A DNA stretch of 64,000 nt from Candidatus Spongiisociaceae bacterium (GTDB taxonomy: Bacteria; Actinomycetota; Acidimicrobiia; Spongiisociales; Spongiisociaceae). The notes under the pieces were generated by a model. It worked only from the letters and a program-made list of their open reading frames with translations. It ran no database searches and had not been told where the DNA came from. The stretch lies in NCBI GenBank assembly GCA_965262915.1, contig OZ253564.1:4352001-4416000 (forward strand), in the 5' to 3' direction. How positions within the stretch are numbered: position 1 is the stretch's first letter; every line of letters begins with the position of its first letter. Made by a program: the position numbers and the translations under genes. Positions 40,824-49,713 of the stretch are shown in pieces.

Positions 40824-41813
40824 CTACAGACGGTCGAGGACGGCCGTGACCGCACGGGCTTTGTCGGCGGCGGTGGGCAGGCTGTAGAGCTGGGTGGTTT
40901 CTACCCGGCTGTGCCCGGCCAGGTCAGCGACGAGGAACGCGTCGGTGCCCGCCCGGACCAGGCTGGTGATGAACGTGTGGCGCAGTGTGTGGGCGGTGAG
41001 CCCCTTGATGCGGGCCGCCCGCCCTGCCCGGGCTATGACTTCGCGGATCGCCCTAGCACTGAGCTGGTTCCCCAGCCGTGAGACCCACAGGGCATCGCCG
41101 CGGGCGTCGGCCCGTATCCTCAACCCAGCCCGTCGGGCCTGCCAGTCCTGCAGTGCCCGGCGGCACTCGGCGGCGATAGGCACCGTCCGGGAGCGGTTGC
41201 CTTTGCCGGATCGGACGGTGAGCACCCCCTTGCGGGCGGTGATCGCCAGGTCACCGGTCCGGAGGGCGGCCAGTTCACCGCGGCGCAGCCCCGTGTAGAG
41301 GAATGTCAGGATGATGGCCCGGTCCCGCGTGGCCATCCCCGCCGCGGCCCGGCGCAACGCCCGCACCTCGGCCTCAGCGAGGGCCTGTGGAGCCTGTTTG
41401 GGTAGCCGCTCGGGCGGCGCAGCGACCTGCAGGCCTCGGGACAGGTAGAAGTTCGACACCGCCGACAGCGCCTGGTTCACCGTGCGGGCCGCCAGGCGGC
41501 GTTCGACGAGCATCCACCGCTTGTACTCCCTCACCGCCCACTCCGCACTCCGCCGCTCGGCCTCCCGGCGGTCCTGCTCCGCCTCAGCCCGAGGCCCCCA
41601 AGCGACACTGACCACCCCCGTCGTGTGGTCAGGTATGAGCGACTCGTAGTCGTCGGGGGTCACCAGCCAGCCGAGGTAGGAGCGAGTCAGTGACAGGTAG
41701 GAGGCCTTGGTCCTCTCAGCGAGCGGCTGTCGCTCCAGCCACGTCCCGTAGCGCGTGTACGCCGACACAGCCGCGGGGGCGTCCAGGTCGCGGAGCGGTG
41801 TCGGCCGGGTCAT
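40824..41813 (-). CDS. XerC/D-type tyrosine recombinase
   Basis: TGLRRGEL, GKG, HTLRHTF, LAGH..TTQLY; no IntI-specific insertion evident. Confidence 0.93.
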   Translation of the reverse strand: MTRPTPLRDLDAPAAVSAYTRYGTWLERQPLAERTKASYLSLTRSYLGWLVTPDDYESLIPDHTTGVVSVAWGPRAEAEQDRREAERRSAEWAVREYKRWMLVERRLAARTVNQALSAVSNFYLSRGLQVAAPPERLPKQAPQALAEAEVRALRRAAAGMATRDRAIILTFLYTGLRRGELAALRTGDLAITARKGVLTVRSGKGNRSRTVPIAAECRRALQDWQARRAGLRIRADARGDALWVSRLGNQLSARAIREVIARAGRAARIKGLTAHTLRHTFITSLVRAGTDAFLVADLAGHSRVETTQLYSLPTAADKARAVTAVLDRL

Positions 41814-41866
41814 TGGGGCTCCGTTCGGTGGGGGCAGCAACTCGGAGGGGTGGGGTCGGGTCCCCT

Positions 41867-41963
41867 ATTGGTGGCCGTTCGTTTCGGCCCTTCACCCCGG
41901 TTCTCGAGCCGATTGTAGGCCGTTCGACCCCCCACGTTCGGCATTCAATGGGCATTGTCGGAC
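41867..41963 (+). other. Integrase-proximal composite site (two direct repeats plus core), family 1
   Basis: ATTGGTGGCCGTTCG 41867, ATTGTAGGCCGTTCG 41912, core GGCATTCAA-TGGGCA-TTGTCGGAC 41940-41963. Confidence 0.65.
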
Positions 41964-42149
41964 GGTCCTGCCCCGTGTCGGTTGGGGCTCTACCTCGCCA
42001 GCGTCGCTGTCATTGCCCGTGCCCCATCAGCGACATTCACCCGCACGGCTCTCCCATCTTGGCCGAGCCCACCTATCAGTCCGATGTTGGGGGTGGAGGA
42101 CAGAGTGGCTATCTTGGGGGTGGTGGGTTTGTTCCGAGAGTGGTGTTGA

Positions 42150-42848
42150 GTGGCTCCGTGTGTTGGAGCCGTTCCGGAGTTGGGTGAGTTAGCGACACGG
42201 GCGCATAGGCGTTATAGCACGGTGCAGGAGGCGGCCACGGCTGCGATACGCGACGCGATCCTGTCGGGGGTGTTCGGTCCTGGGGACCGGCTGCGTCAAG
42301 AGCACTTGGCTCGGGAGTTGATGGTGTCCCGTGTTCCGGTGGCGACTGCTCTGCGGGCTCTTGAGACGGAAGGCCTGGTGGTGTCTGTTCCTCATCGGGG
42401 GGCGACGGTGCGTATCGTCGAACCCGCGGAGGTGGACGAGATATACCGGTTGCGGGTCGTGTTGGAGTCGTTCGCTCTGCGGTCAGCGGTCGGACGGATC
42501 ACTGCTGATGAGGTTGAGGAACTCGCGGCGCTGGCGCAGTTGATCGACGGGGTGGGAGACGGTGAGGGGGCTCGTGTCCTCAACGACCAGTTGTACGACC
42601 GTCTCTATACGATAGGTAACTGCCCGCTGACCGCTGACATCGTTACGCGGTTGCGCGCCAACGTGGGGCGATACTGGCGGGGGCTGAGGGTGGTCCCGCA
42701 TGACCATTCCCCGCACCGTGTTCTTGTCGACGCGATCCGGTCGGGGGACTCTGCTCGGGGCGAGGAGTGGATCGCTTCCCACCTGGCGAAGGTCTCGTCC
42801 GAGTTGCAGCAACGTATCGTGGCCTACCGTTCGGGTACCGGGGCGTAA
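42150..42848 (+). CDS. GntR/FCD transcriptional regulator
   Basis: IRDAILSG..PGDRLRQE.LA..VSRVPV..LETEGLV..PHRGA. Confidence 0.92.
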   Translation: MAPCVGAVPELGELATRAHRRYSTVQEAATAAIRDAILSGVFGPGDRLRQEHLARELMVSRVPVATALRALETEGLVVSVPHRGATVRIVEPAEVDEIYRLRVVLESFALRSAVGRITADEVEELAALAQLIDGVGDGEGARVLNDQLYDRLYTIGNCPLTADIVTRLRANVGRYWRGLRVVPHDHSPHRVLVDAIRSGDSARGEEWIASHLAKVSSELQQRIVAYRSGTGA

Positions 42849-42908
42849 ACACCCGCCCCGTTGGGGCTGTGCCCCCTTCTGCTGGGGTGTGGGTGGTGTA
42901 TACCGTCC

Positions 42909-42972
42909 TATCTAGCGAACCCCCGTTTTGTACACGATGTGCAAAGTGTCTGTTCTGTATTTTGGATGCAAT
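42909..42972 (+). promoter_or_regulatory. Putative GntR operator/promoter, homologue at 46011-46071
   Basis: CCCGTTTTG..ATGTGCAAAGTG.CTGTT.TGTAT.TTGGATGCAAT shared; TTGTATACAA-like boxes. Confidence 0.6.
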
Positions 42973-43127
42973 GGGTCTCCGTAAAGGTTTCCCGCCCTGT
43001 TGCCTTCAGGGCCTGTCCTCCGGGTCTTATCCTGAACGTTAATGGCAGTGATAGCCCACTTTGGGTTTAGGAGGTAGGTACACATCGTAGGAAGGGGACC
43101 AGGACGGAACTTCGACGATCTACCGAA

Positions 43128-43263
43128 TACGCGCCCTCCTCTGCGTCTGGATACCCAACTGGGAATCTACTCGCATCGGTCAGTCCCCCCTAAATTACGC
43201 GCCCTCCTCTGCGTCTGGATACCCAACTGGGAATCTACTCGCATCGGTCAGTCCCCCCTAAAT
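43128..43263 (+). repeat. 68-bp tandem duplication
   Basis: TACGCGCCCTCC...CCCCTAAAT twice. Confidence 0.9.
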
Positions 43264-43316
43264 ACCGATGAGCCTATTATACCGAAACGTGTTGGCTGCT
43301 CGGAAGGGAACAAGTT

Positions 43317-43949
43317 ATGAAACGAAGTTTGAGACTGCTGACGCTGGTAGTTCCGATAGTGCTATCGGTGTTGCCCGCAGCAGCCGCCGAGACGTCGGAG
43401 GCTGACTCTGACGTGTTCGCCGTGGAGCATGACATCACGGCGATCATCGAGGCTTGGAACTCGGACGGGCTGATCCTCGTGTGGGTTTCCCACGCTGATG
43501 TTGAGGTTACGGCACCGGACGGTACGACGGCGACCGCCCTGTGGACAGGCGAACTGTCGGACGGGGACAGGCTAGCGGCTGAGAGTCTGATGGACGGTTA
43601 CTTCACCTGCACCCGAAGGGTCTGGCGTCCCCGCAAGGACGCCGACTCGTGGATACACTCGAAAATCCGTCAAGTGTGTTACGGCAACCTTGCCGAGTCC
43701 CATTGGGCCGGCGTGCGGTTGCAGCGGGACGACCCCGGCGGCTGGTGGACCAGGGCCGAAGCTGAGAGTGGTTGGACTCCGGCAGACGCAGGCTGGTGGA
43801 TACACCAGCCGGTAGAGCAGCAATGCGCCTTCAATACACCTAAGCTGGACTGGCGGGCGCAGGGATACGGTGAGGTAAGGATGTCCACCGGGGATTTCTT
43901 CGAGCTTCACGATCTGAACTCTCCGGTCAGACAGAACGTCTGTACCTAA
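43317..43949 (+). CDS. Secreted protein with 4-Cys C-terminal domain
   Basis: Sec signal MKRSLRLL..AAA; hairpin downstream (~43976-44003). Confidence 0.8.
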   Translation: MKRSLRLLTLVVPIVLSVLPAAAAETSEADSDVFAVEHDITAIIEAWNSDGLILVWVSHADVEVTAPDGTTATALWTGELSDGDRLAAESLMDGYFTCTRRVWRPRKDADSWIHSKIRQVCYGNLAESHWAGVRLQRDDPGGWWTRAEAESGWTPADAGWWIHQPVEQQCAFNTPKLDWRAQGYGEVRMSTGDFFELHDLNSPVRQNVCT

Positions 43950-44028
43950 GCTGCCCCGCACAGAGGCAACAGGCAGAAGGAACCCCCGGTGTGGGGGTTC
44001 CTTCCGTTTCTGGGGAAGGAGAAACAGA

Positions 44029-44457
44029 ATGAAACGTCAGATTTGGGTAACGGTGGCTGTAGCGTTGGTCACGTTTGTGGTAGGAATGGCGGTGGGGAGC
44101 CTGTTCGCCGTTCGTGGCTGGTCTCCTGCGGCGAGGGAGAGCGAAGCGTTGCTGTGGGCAGTCGATGAGGGATTCTTGGCATACCGGGACGGTGAAGCAA
44201 CGATGAACGAGCTAGCCACCGCCCTGTACCGTTACCATCGCCGTTTCGTCGAGCCGCTACATGAGGCCCAGGTTGATTTGATGGAGAGGGGTCGTCATAT
44301 CTGCGGGATGGAACCGCTGTTCGACCAGAGACCGTTCGATACGGAAACGGTGGGGTATGGGCAGGACGACCATTGGCATGAGATACTTGGTGTGGGGGCT
44401 GAGGTCGCCGGACGGGTGGGAGTTACCTGCGATCACAGAATTACCCAACCGGGTTGA
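44029..44457 (+). CDS. Exported/membrane-anchored protein with SLH-like segment
   Basis: N-terminal hydrophobic helix; ALLWAVDEG..ATMNELATALYRY. Confidence 0.7.
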   Translation: MKRQIWVTVAVALVTFVVGMAVGSLFAVRGWSPAARESEALLWAVDEGFLAYRDGEATMNELATALYRYHRRFVEPLHEAQVDLMERGRHICGMEPLFDQRPFDTETVGYGQDDHWHEILGVGAEVAGRVGVTCDHRITQPG

Positions 44458-44670
44458 TCACATTTCCGCGCAGCCTCAACAATTCCAACGGAAAGCGATC
44501 GCAGCGCCGCCCACCACCAGAATGTCGAATCGCCGGAAGGATGAGCGCGTCGGCTCCCTGAACCGGGGTAGCTTGTACGGCGGCTGCCCGGTGTCCTGTC
44601 GATAGCGGTTGGCTGTCGGCTGTGTCACGCCCCCGAGGGTAGCCCTCGTCAGCCGCAAAAGGGGGTCCCC

Positions 44671-44694
44671 TGCGGATAATGGGCATTGGAGGAA
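44671..44694 (+). other. Family-1 recombination site
   Basis: TGCGGATAA-TGGGCA-TTGGAGGAA. Confidence 0.65.
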
Positions 44695-44752
44695 GCGCCG
44701 GTTTTGGGATCTGTCAGGCGGCTACCCAGGGGGGTCGGGTAGGATAAGGGGT

Positions 44753-45787
44753 ATGACTCTCGTTGCCCGGAGTGCGGGTCCGCCGACTGTATCGGACGCT
44801 GCCGTCGCGGCGGAAGCACTTATATCGGCCGGGGCGGAGGAGGTTCTGCTGTTCGGCTCGGTGGCGCGTGGTGACGCCGACGAATCCAGCGACATCGACC
44901 TGGTCGCTTTGTTCGCTGATATCGACTACGGGGCTCGGCGAGAGGTTGCCTGGCGCCTCGAGGTAGCCGCGCGAGAAGTGGCCGGGAGGTGGCCGGTACA
45001 GGTGGTGGTAACCGATCTGCCTGAGTGGCGTAACCGGGTGGCGAACGTGTCTGCCTCGTTTGAGAGTGCGATTAGCTCTGACGCGGTGCTAGTTGCTGAG
45101 GCGGAGTCGAGCGCTCGCCGGCCGGTGCGGTGGAACAAGGAGATGGTGCTGCCCATGAGCAACCCTGACGAAGCACTCAAGCAGTTCTCCGACCGGGTCC
45201 TGTCCCAACTGGCTGGGTTAACAGAGGGGGCAACCGTGTCGTGGGTAGAGGAGGATCTGTCCGCGCCGAGCGGAATGCAGGAAACGGCGCGGCTTCGGCG
45301 GTTGGTACGGGTCTGTACCCACTCGGCTATGGCGGTCGAGGTGGCTCGGAAGTCGCTAGCGGTACTACACGCTACTCCGACACCCCCGGCGAAGGTGCTC
45401 CGCGCGGCAGCACACAGTATCTCAGCGTGCCTGCAACTGCTTCCGCCACCAGTACGCAGCGCGGTGGAGCCACTCGTCACCGGCAGGGGGTTGAGCACGG
45501 ACGATCTGTCACAGTGGCGGATACTCGGCACCTACCCCGAGGATACGGCCTCCGTCCAGGCGCTGGCCGATCAGAAGGTGGACGACTATGTGGTCACCGC
45601 TCTCGACGTATGCGGGTTCGTGGTAAACGACCTCCGAACGGTCTTGGGGGAGACACCGGAAGTGCAGTCAGCGGAATACGAGTGGTACCGGACAGCGGAG
45701 TACCTCGGTGGGATTGACATACGCGTTGGCCGGCCGAAGGTTGGACCCTCGGCGCCCGGCCTCGACCTCCCCGGACTCGACCTCTAG
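44753..45787 (+). CDS. Nucleotidyltransferase (MNT) fused to a HEPN-like domain
   Basis: LFGSVARG..SDIDL; helical half with AVEVARKS..HSI..YP. Confidence 0.78.
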   Translation: MTLVARSAGPPTVSDAAVAAEALISAGAEEVLLFGSVARGDADESSDIDLVALFADIDYGARREVAWRLEVAAREVAGRWPVQVVVTDLPEWRNRVANVSASFESAISSDAVLVAEAESSARRPVRWNKEMVLPMSNPDEALKQFSDRVLSQLAGLTEGATVSWVEEDLSAPSGMQETARLRRLVRVCTHSAMAVEVARKSLAVLHATPTPPAKVLRAAAHSISACLQLLPPPVRSAVEPLVTGRGLSTDDLSQWRILGTYPEDTASVQALADQKVDDYVVTALDVCGFVVNDLRTVLGETPEVQSAEYEWYRTAEYLGGIDIRVGRPKVGPSAPGLDLPGLDL

Positions 45788-45797
45788 ACCGTCTACC

Positions 45798-45821
45798 TGC
45801 CTCTAATGGGCATTGGTGGAC
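45798..45821 (+). other. Family-1 recombination site
   Basis: TGCCTCTAA-TGGGCA-TTGGTGGAC. Confidence 0.65.
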
Positions 45822-45958
45822 AGTCCCGACGGGGTGCTCGTGTGGGGCGTCGAGGCGCACATCCGCAGGAAGGTTGCCTTACCAGCACCCCAGGTACCGT
45901 CGACCAGCACCGCCGGCGGGGCCACTCTCCGTGCTGAGCGATACTGCTGCTGCCGCCG
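45805..45958 (+). repeat. ~155-bp direct repeat, copy at 48849-49002
   Basis: Near-identical sequence beginning at the site core in both copies. Confidence 0.9.
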
Positions 45959-46165
45959 ATACCATCCAGATGCTTACCCCGTACCGGAGAGCGTTGGCGC
46001 ATGGCGTTCTATCTAAACGGCCCGTTTTGGATGCAATGTGCAAAGTGACTGTTTTGTATATTGGATGCAATAGCCCCTAGTCGAGGGTTTTTGGTGTATA
46101 TCCGTCGGTGTCCGTGCATTCGGGTCTAGCTTTCTACTTACTCAGAGGACTAGGAGGTATCTCTC

Positions 46166-46882
46166 ATGAAGAAACTACTCATGGCCCTGGCGGTGATTGC
46201 CTTGGTGGTTCCGGTGGCCGCTAGCGGTCTGCCGAACGATCCGGCTCCGACGCCTCCGACGGCTACCGAGGGCATGGTCATACAGGCCGATTACGTGGGA
46301 CCATTGTTCGATGGTGAGGTGCCTACGATCGAGGAAGGCGACTCATTCCAGACGGTTGTTGGTAACAGTGGCACTGGCAGTTATGAGGTTGTGTGGGAGG
46401 TCAACGGCGAAGACGGCCTACCGGCACTGCTTAGCACGCAGGAGCTAGACCAGATTCGGCTCCGGGTAGGCGGGCTGCTTGGCGGTACGGGAGGCGCCTA
46501 CGCCTATGACGACGACCCCGACTACTCGTGCGGTATCTTCATCCCTAGGCCAACCGTTACTGAAGACGAAGCGGAGGCGACTGTTGAGGGGACGTGCTGG
46601 CTTGCTGACGACGAGGACGTGCGCCTGGAGCATCGGGTTTGGGGAGGGCTACTCAGGCCAGTCATCTGGCCGCATTACGTCCCGGTCAGCTCCAACTACT
46701 CGTACCCTTGGAGTCAGGAAGATGACGACGCCGAGGTAACTGCCGACAGGTCGTGCTCCACTGACGACTCGACTAGGTGGAAGACACGGGGCCGGTCGGA
46801 AGTGAGGTTCATCCCCGGCTCGGGCACTAACGAGCACCCCTGGGTCAGGTCAGGTTATACCAGGGGACCGTGCGACGTATAA
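46166..46882 (+). CDS. Secreted protein with 4-Cys C-terminal domain
   Basis: AGGAGG RBS, signal MKKLLMALAV..AAS; hairpin at ~46907-46937. Confidence 0.82.
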   Translation: MKKLLMALAVIALVVPVAASGLPNDPAPTPPTATEGMVIQADYVGPLFDGEVPTIEEGDSFQTVVGNSGTGSYEVVWEVNGEDGLPALLSTQELDQIRLRVGGLLGGTGGAYAYDDDPDYSCGIFIPRPTVTEDEAEATVEGTCWLADDEDVRLEHRVWGGLLRPVIWPHYVPVSSNYSYPWSQEDDDAEVTADRSCSTDDSTRWKTRGRSEVRFIPGSGTNEHPWVRSGYTRGPCDV

Positions 46883-47219
46883 GGCCGCAACCTACCAATC
46901 CGAGACGAGGCGAGGGGCCAACCGGCCCTTCGCCTCTTGGCTACGAGCCGTCCTAGGCACCCCGGCTACCCCCCGTCCGCACGGAGAGACGACCCTAGCG
47001 ACCCTCTACGGGCCGCAACCCCGCTAGTTCACTCCGTCCTCACCCCCCTCCGCCCGTTAGCGACGATCCTGGTCGTCTCCCGGTACGACCCCGACTATCC
47101 CCGGCTGGGGGTTCTTGCGGGTGCTGACCCCCGTAACGTGAAGCACCCCAGGGCTAGGCGTTGGCGGGGGTGACAGTTCGTCATCGGAGAGGCTGTGTGG
47201 TTGTGGCTATGGTGCTGAT

Positions 47220-47983
47220 GTGATTTGGTCGGTGGGAGGTTTGGGTGAACTCGCGATCCGAGCGCATAGCCGTTCCGGCACGGTGGAGCAGGCGGTCACG
47301 GCTACGTTACGCGATGCGATCGTGTTGGGGGTGTTCCAACCTGGTGACAGGTTGCGTCAGGAGTATCTGGCTGGGGAGTTGATGGTTTCTCGGGTTCCGG
47401 TGGTGGCGGCTCTGCATACTCTTGAAGCGGAGGGCTTGGTGGTGTCTGCTCCGTATCGGGGCGCGACGGTGCGGATCGTCGAACCCGCAGAGATCGAGGA
47501 GATCTACCAGTTGCGGATCATGTTGGAGTCCTTCGCGGTGCGGGCCGTGATCAAGCGGATTACGGACGATGAGATCGACGAGCTCGCGGCACTGGCACAG
47601 CAGATCGACGACTCGGTGGACGGTGACCGGGCTCGGGTCCTCACCGAGCAGTTGTACCGGCGCATCTACGCCAGCAGATCGACGACTCGGTGGACGGTGA
47701 CCGGGCTCGGGTCCTCACCGAGCAGTTGTACCGGCGCATCTACGCCATAGCTGACCGCCCGTTGACCGCTGAGTTCGTTGCGAGGCTCCGCGCCAACGTG
47801 GGCCGATACTGGCTTGGTCTCAGGGTGGTGCCGCATCATCACTCAACGCACAGAGCGATCGTTGACGCGATTCGGGCGCGGGACGCTACACACGCCGAGG
47901 AATGGATCTCCGCCCACTTGACGAAGGTTTCGACCGAGCTGCAACAGCGCATCGTGAGCAGCCGTTCGGGGACCTTGGCGTAG
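47220..47983 (+). pseudogene. GntR/FCD regulator frameshifted by a 74-bp tandem duplication
   Basis: Paralogue of 42150-42848; 47598-47671 repeated at 47672-47745. Confidence 0.88.
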
Positions 47984-48312
47984 GTGCTACCACGCGGGTG
48001 TGGCGCCGTCCGGGTGCTCGTTTCGTAGCGGTCGCCCGGCTGGTAGCTGCTGTACGGTCCCGCTCCCGCGTCCGCCTGGTACTAATCATCTAGCCCGCAG
48101 GACCTCGGTTAGGCGGTACGGGCTGCGATCACGACCGGCCGGGTATCCAACGGACCCCTCGAAGGGATCAACAACCTCCTCCAAGTCCTACGACGCGAGA
48201 TGGATCGAATAACCACCCGATCGGGTTGGTTGGATGATTGACCGGTGGCGAGAGTAACACTACGGCGGGCCGGAATCGTTTCTACCGTTCGGGGGGCTTC
48301 TATGATTGCTCG

Positions 48313-48474
48313 ATGGGCCGTGTTGGATGGGCGGTATTCACCGTCGGACTGCTGATGATCCTGCTATCGGTATACGTAGGGGTAGATGTCAACGGTGTTG
48401 TGGGTGGGATTTTGGCGGGTGTGGGTGGGTTAGCTGTGATACTGGCGGGTTGGGTTGACCGGGGTCACCACTAG
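48313..48474 (+). CDS. Small two-TM protein
   Basis: MGRVGWAVFTVGLL..GGLAVILAGW. Confidence 0.5.
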   Translation: MGRVGWAVFTVGLLMILLSVYVGVDVNGVVGGILAGVGGLAVILAGWVDRGHH

Positions 48475-48841
48475 GTAGCCGGGGGGAGGGCGGTCGCCCC
48501 GTCAACAACCCATACCGCGCTGCAGGGATAGCTAGGGCCTGTCGTCCACAACCCGTGCAATACGTCGTCGGACGTTTGCTGCACCCCGAACGGCGGAGAC
48601 GGAGACGGAGGGCGTGTTCTCCTGGCTGGGCAACGAGGCCCGGCTGGTGGACGTGTCCGAGTTCCTCACCGATGACATGCCGACCTGGGACCGGACCAAG
48701 TGGGTAGCGACCGCGGGCCGAACTTGCACCCGGTCGGATGTCGGGTGAGCGGCTGTGGTGGGTTGCTGATCGGGAGTTCGGCGGACCGCTACCGACCCGG
48801 CGCGGCGGCCCGGGTCGGAACAGAAACCGCCGAGACGGACT

Positions 48842-48865
48842 GACCTCCAATGGGCATTGGTGGAC
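48842..48865 (+). other. Family-1 recombination site
   Basis: GACCTCCAA-TGGGCA-TTGGTGGAC. Confidence 0.65.
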
Positions 48866-49068
48866 GGTCCCGACGGGGTGCTCGTGTGGGGCGGCCAGGC
48901 GCACATCCGCAGGAACGTTGCCTCACCAGCACCCCAGGTACCGTCGACCAACACCGCCGGCGGGGCCACTCTCCGTGCTGAGCGATACCGCTGCTGCCGC
49001 CGTTGCACTGCTGCCCGGCCCATGTCCGTCCAGGTTCGAGCCAGGCTAGCCCCGGCTCCGAGGGACAC

Positions 49069-49092
49069 TGCCACTCAACGGCATTGGCGGAT
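49069..49092 (+). other. Degenerate family-1 site
   Basis: TGCCACTCA-ACGGCA-TTGGCGGAT, 20 bp before the MTase start. Confidence 0.4.
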
Positions 49093-49112
49093 GCGCGACT
49101 AGGGTACGTAAC

Positions 49113-49713
49113 ATGGTGGTGGCCTCCGAATCCAGCGGCCCGGCTGCCGTTGATCTTTTCTGCGGTGCAGGGGGCCTTTCCTACGGGATGCAGAGGGCGG
49201 GCGTGAACATCGTAGCTGGGATTGATGTCGACCCGGCCTGCCGTTATCCATTCGAAACAAGCGTCTCGTCCCCCTTCCATGAGCGGGACATCAGTAGTTT
49301 ATCGGCGGATTTCGTAGCGTCGCTGTTCCCGAAGACCGGCTCCCGAGTCCTCGCCGGTTGCGCTCCGTGTCAACCATTCTCGACCTATACCAACGGCCGG
49401 GACACCGGAAACGGGCGATGGCTCCTGCTCGACAAGTTCGGCGAGCTCGCCGCTGAGCTAAAGCCGGAGGTTGTCACGATGGAGAATGTCCCGCGTTTGA
49501 CCGTTCGTCCGGTGTTCGAGAGGTTCCTGTCCGTTCTCCGGGAGGCGGGCTACCACTGTACGCACCGCATCGTCCGGTGCGCGGCGTATGGAGTCCCTCA
49601 GACAAGGTCGCGTCTGGTGCTGCTGGCGTCGCGGCTGGGGAGCATTGAACTGGTAGCACCCACTCATCCGGATGGCAGAGTGGTGACGGTTAGGGACACT
49701 ATTGGGCATTTAG
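49113..49713 (+). pseudogene. C5 cytosine DNA methyltransferase, 5' half
   Basis: DLFCGAGG, PCQPFS, ENV, PQTRSR; cut by IS1380 at ..TIGHL. Confidence 0.92.

Noticed and set aside
49703-49713. TTGGGCATTTA resembling the family-1 core
   Set aside because: Within MTase coding sequence (I-G-H-L) and lacks arms
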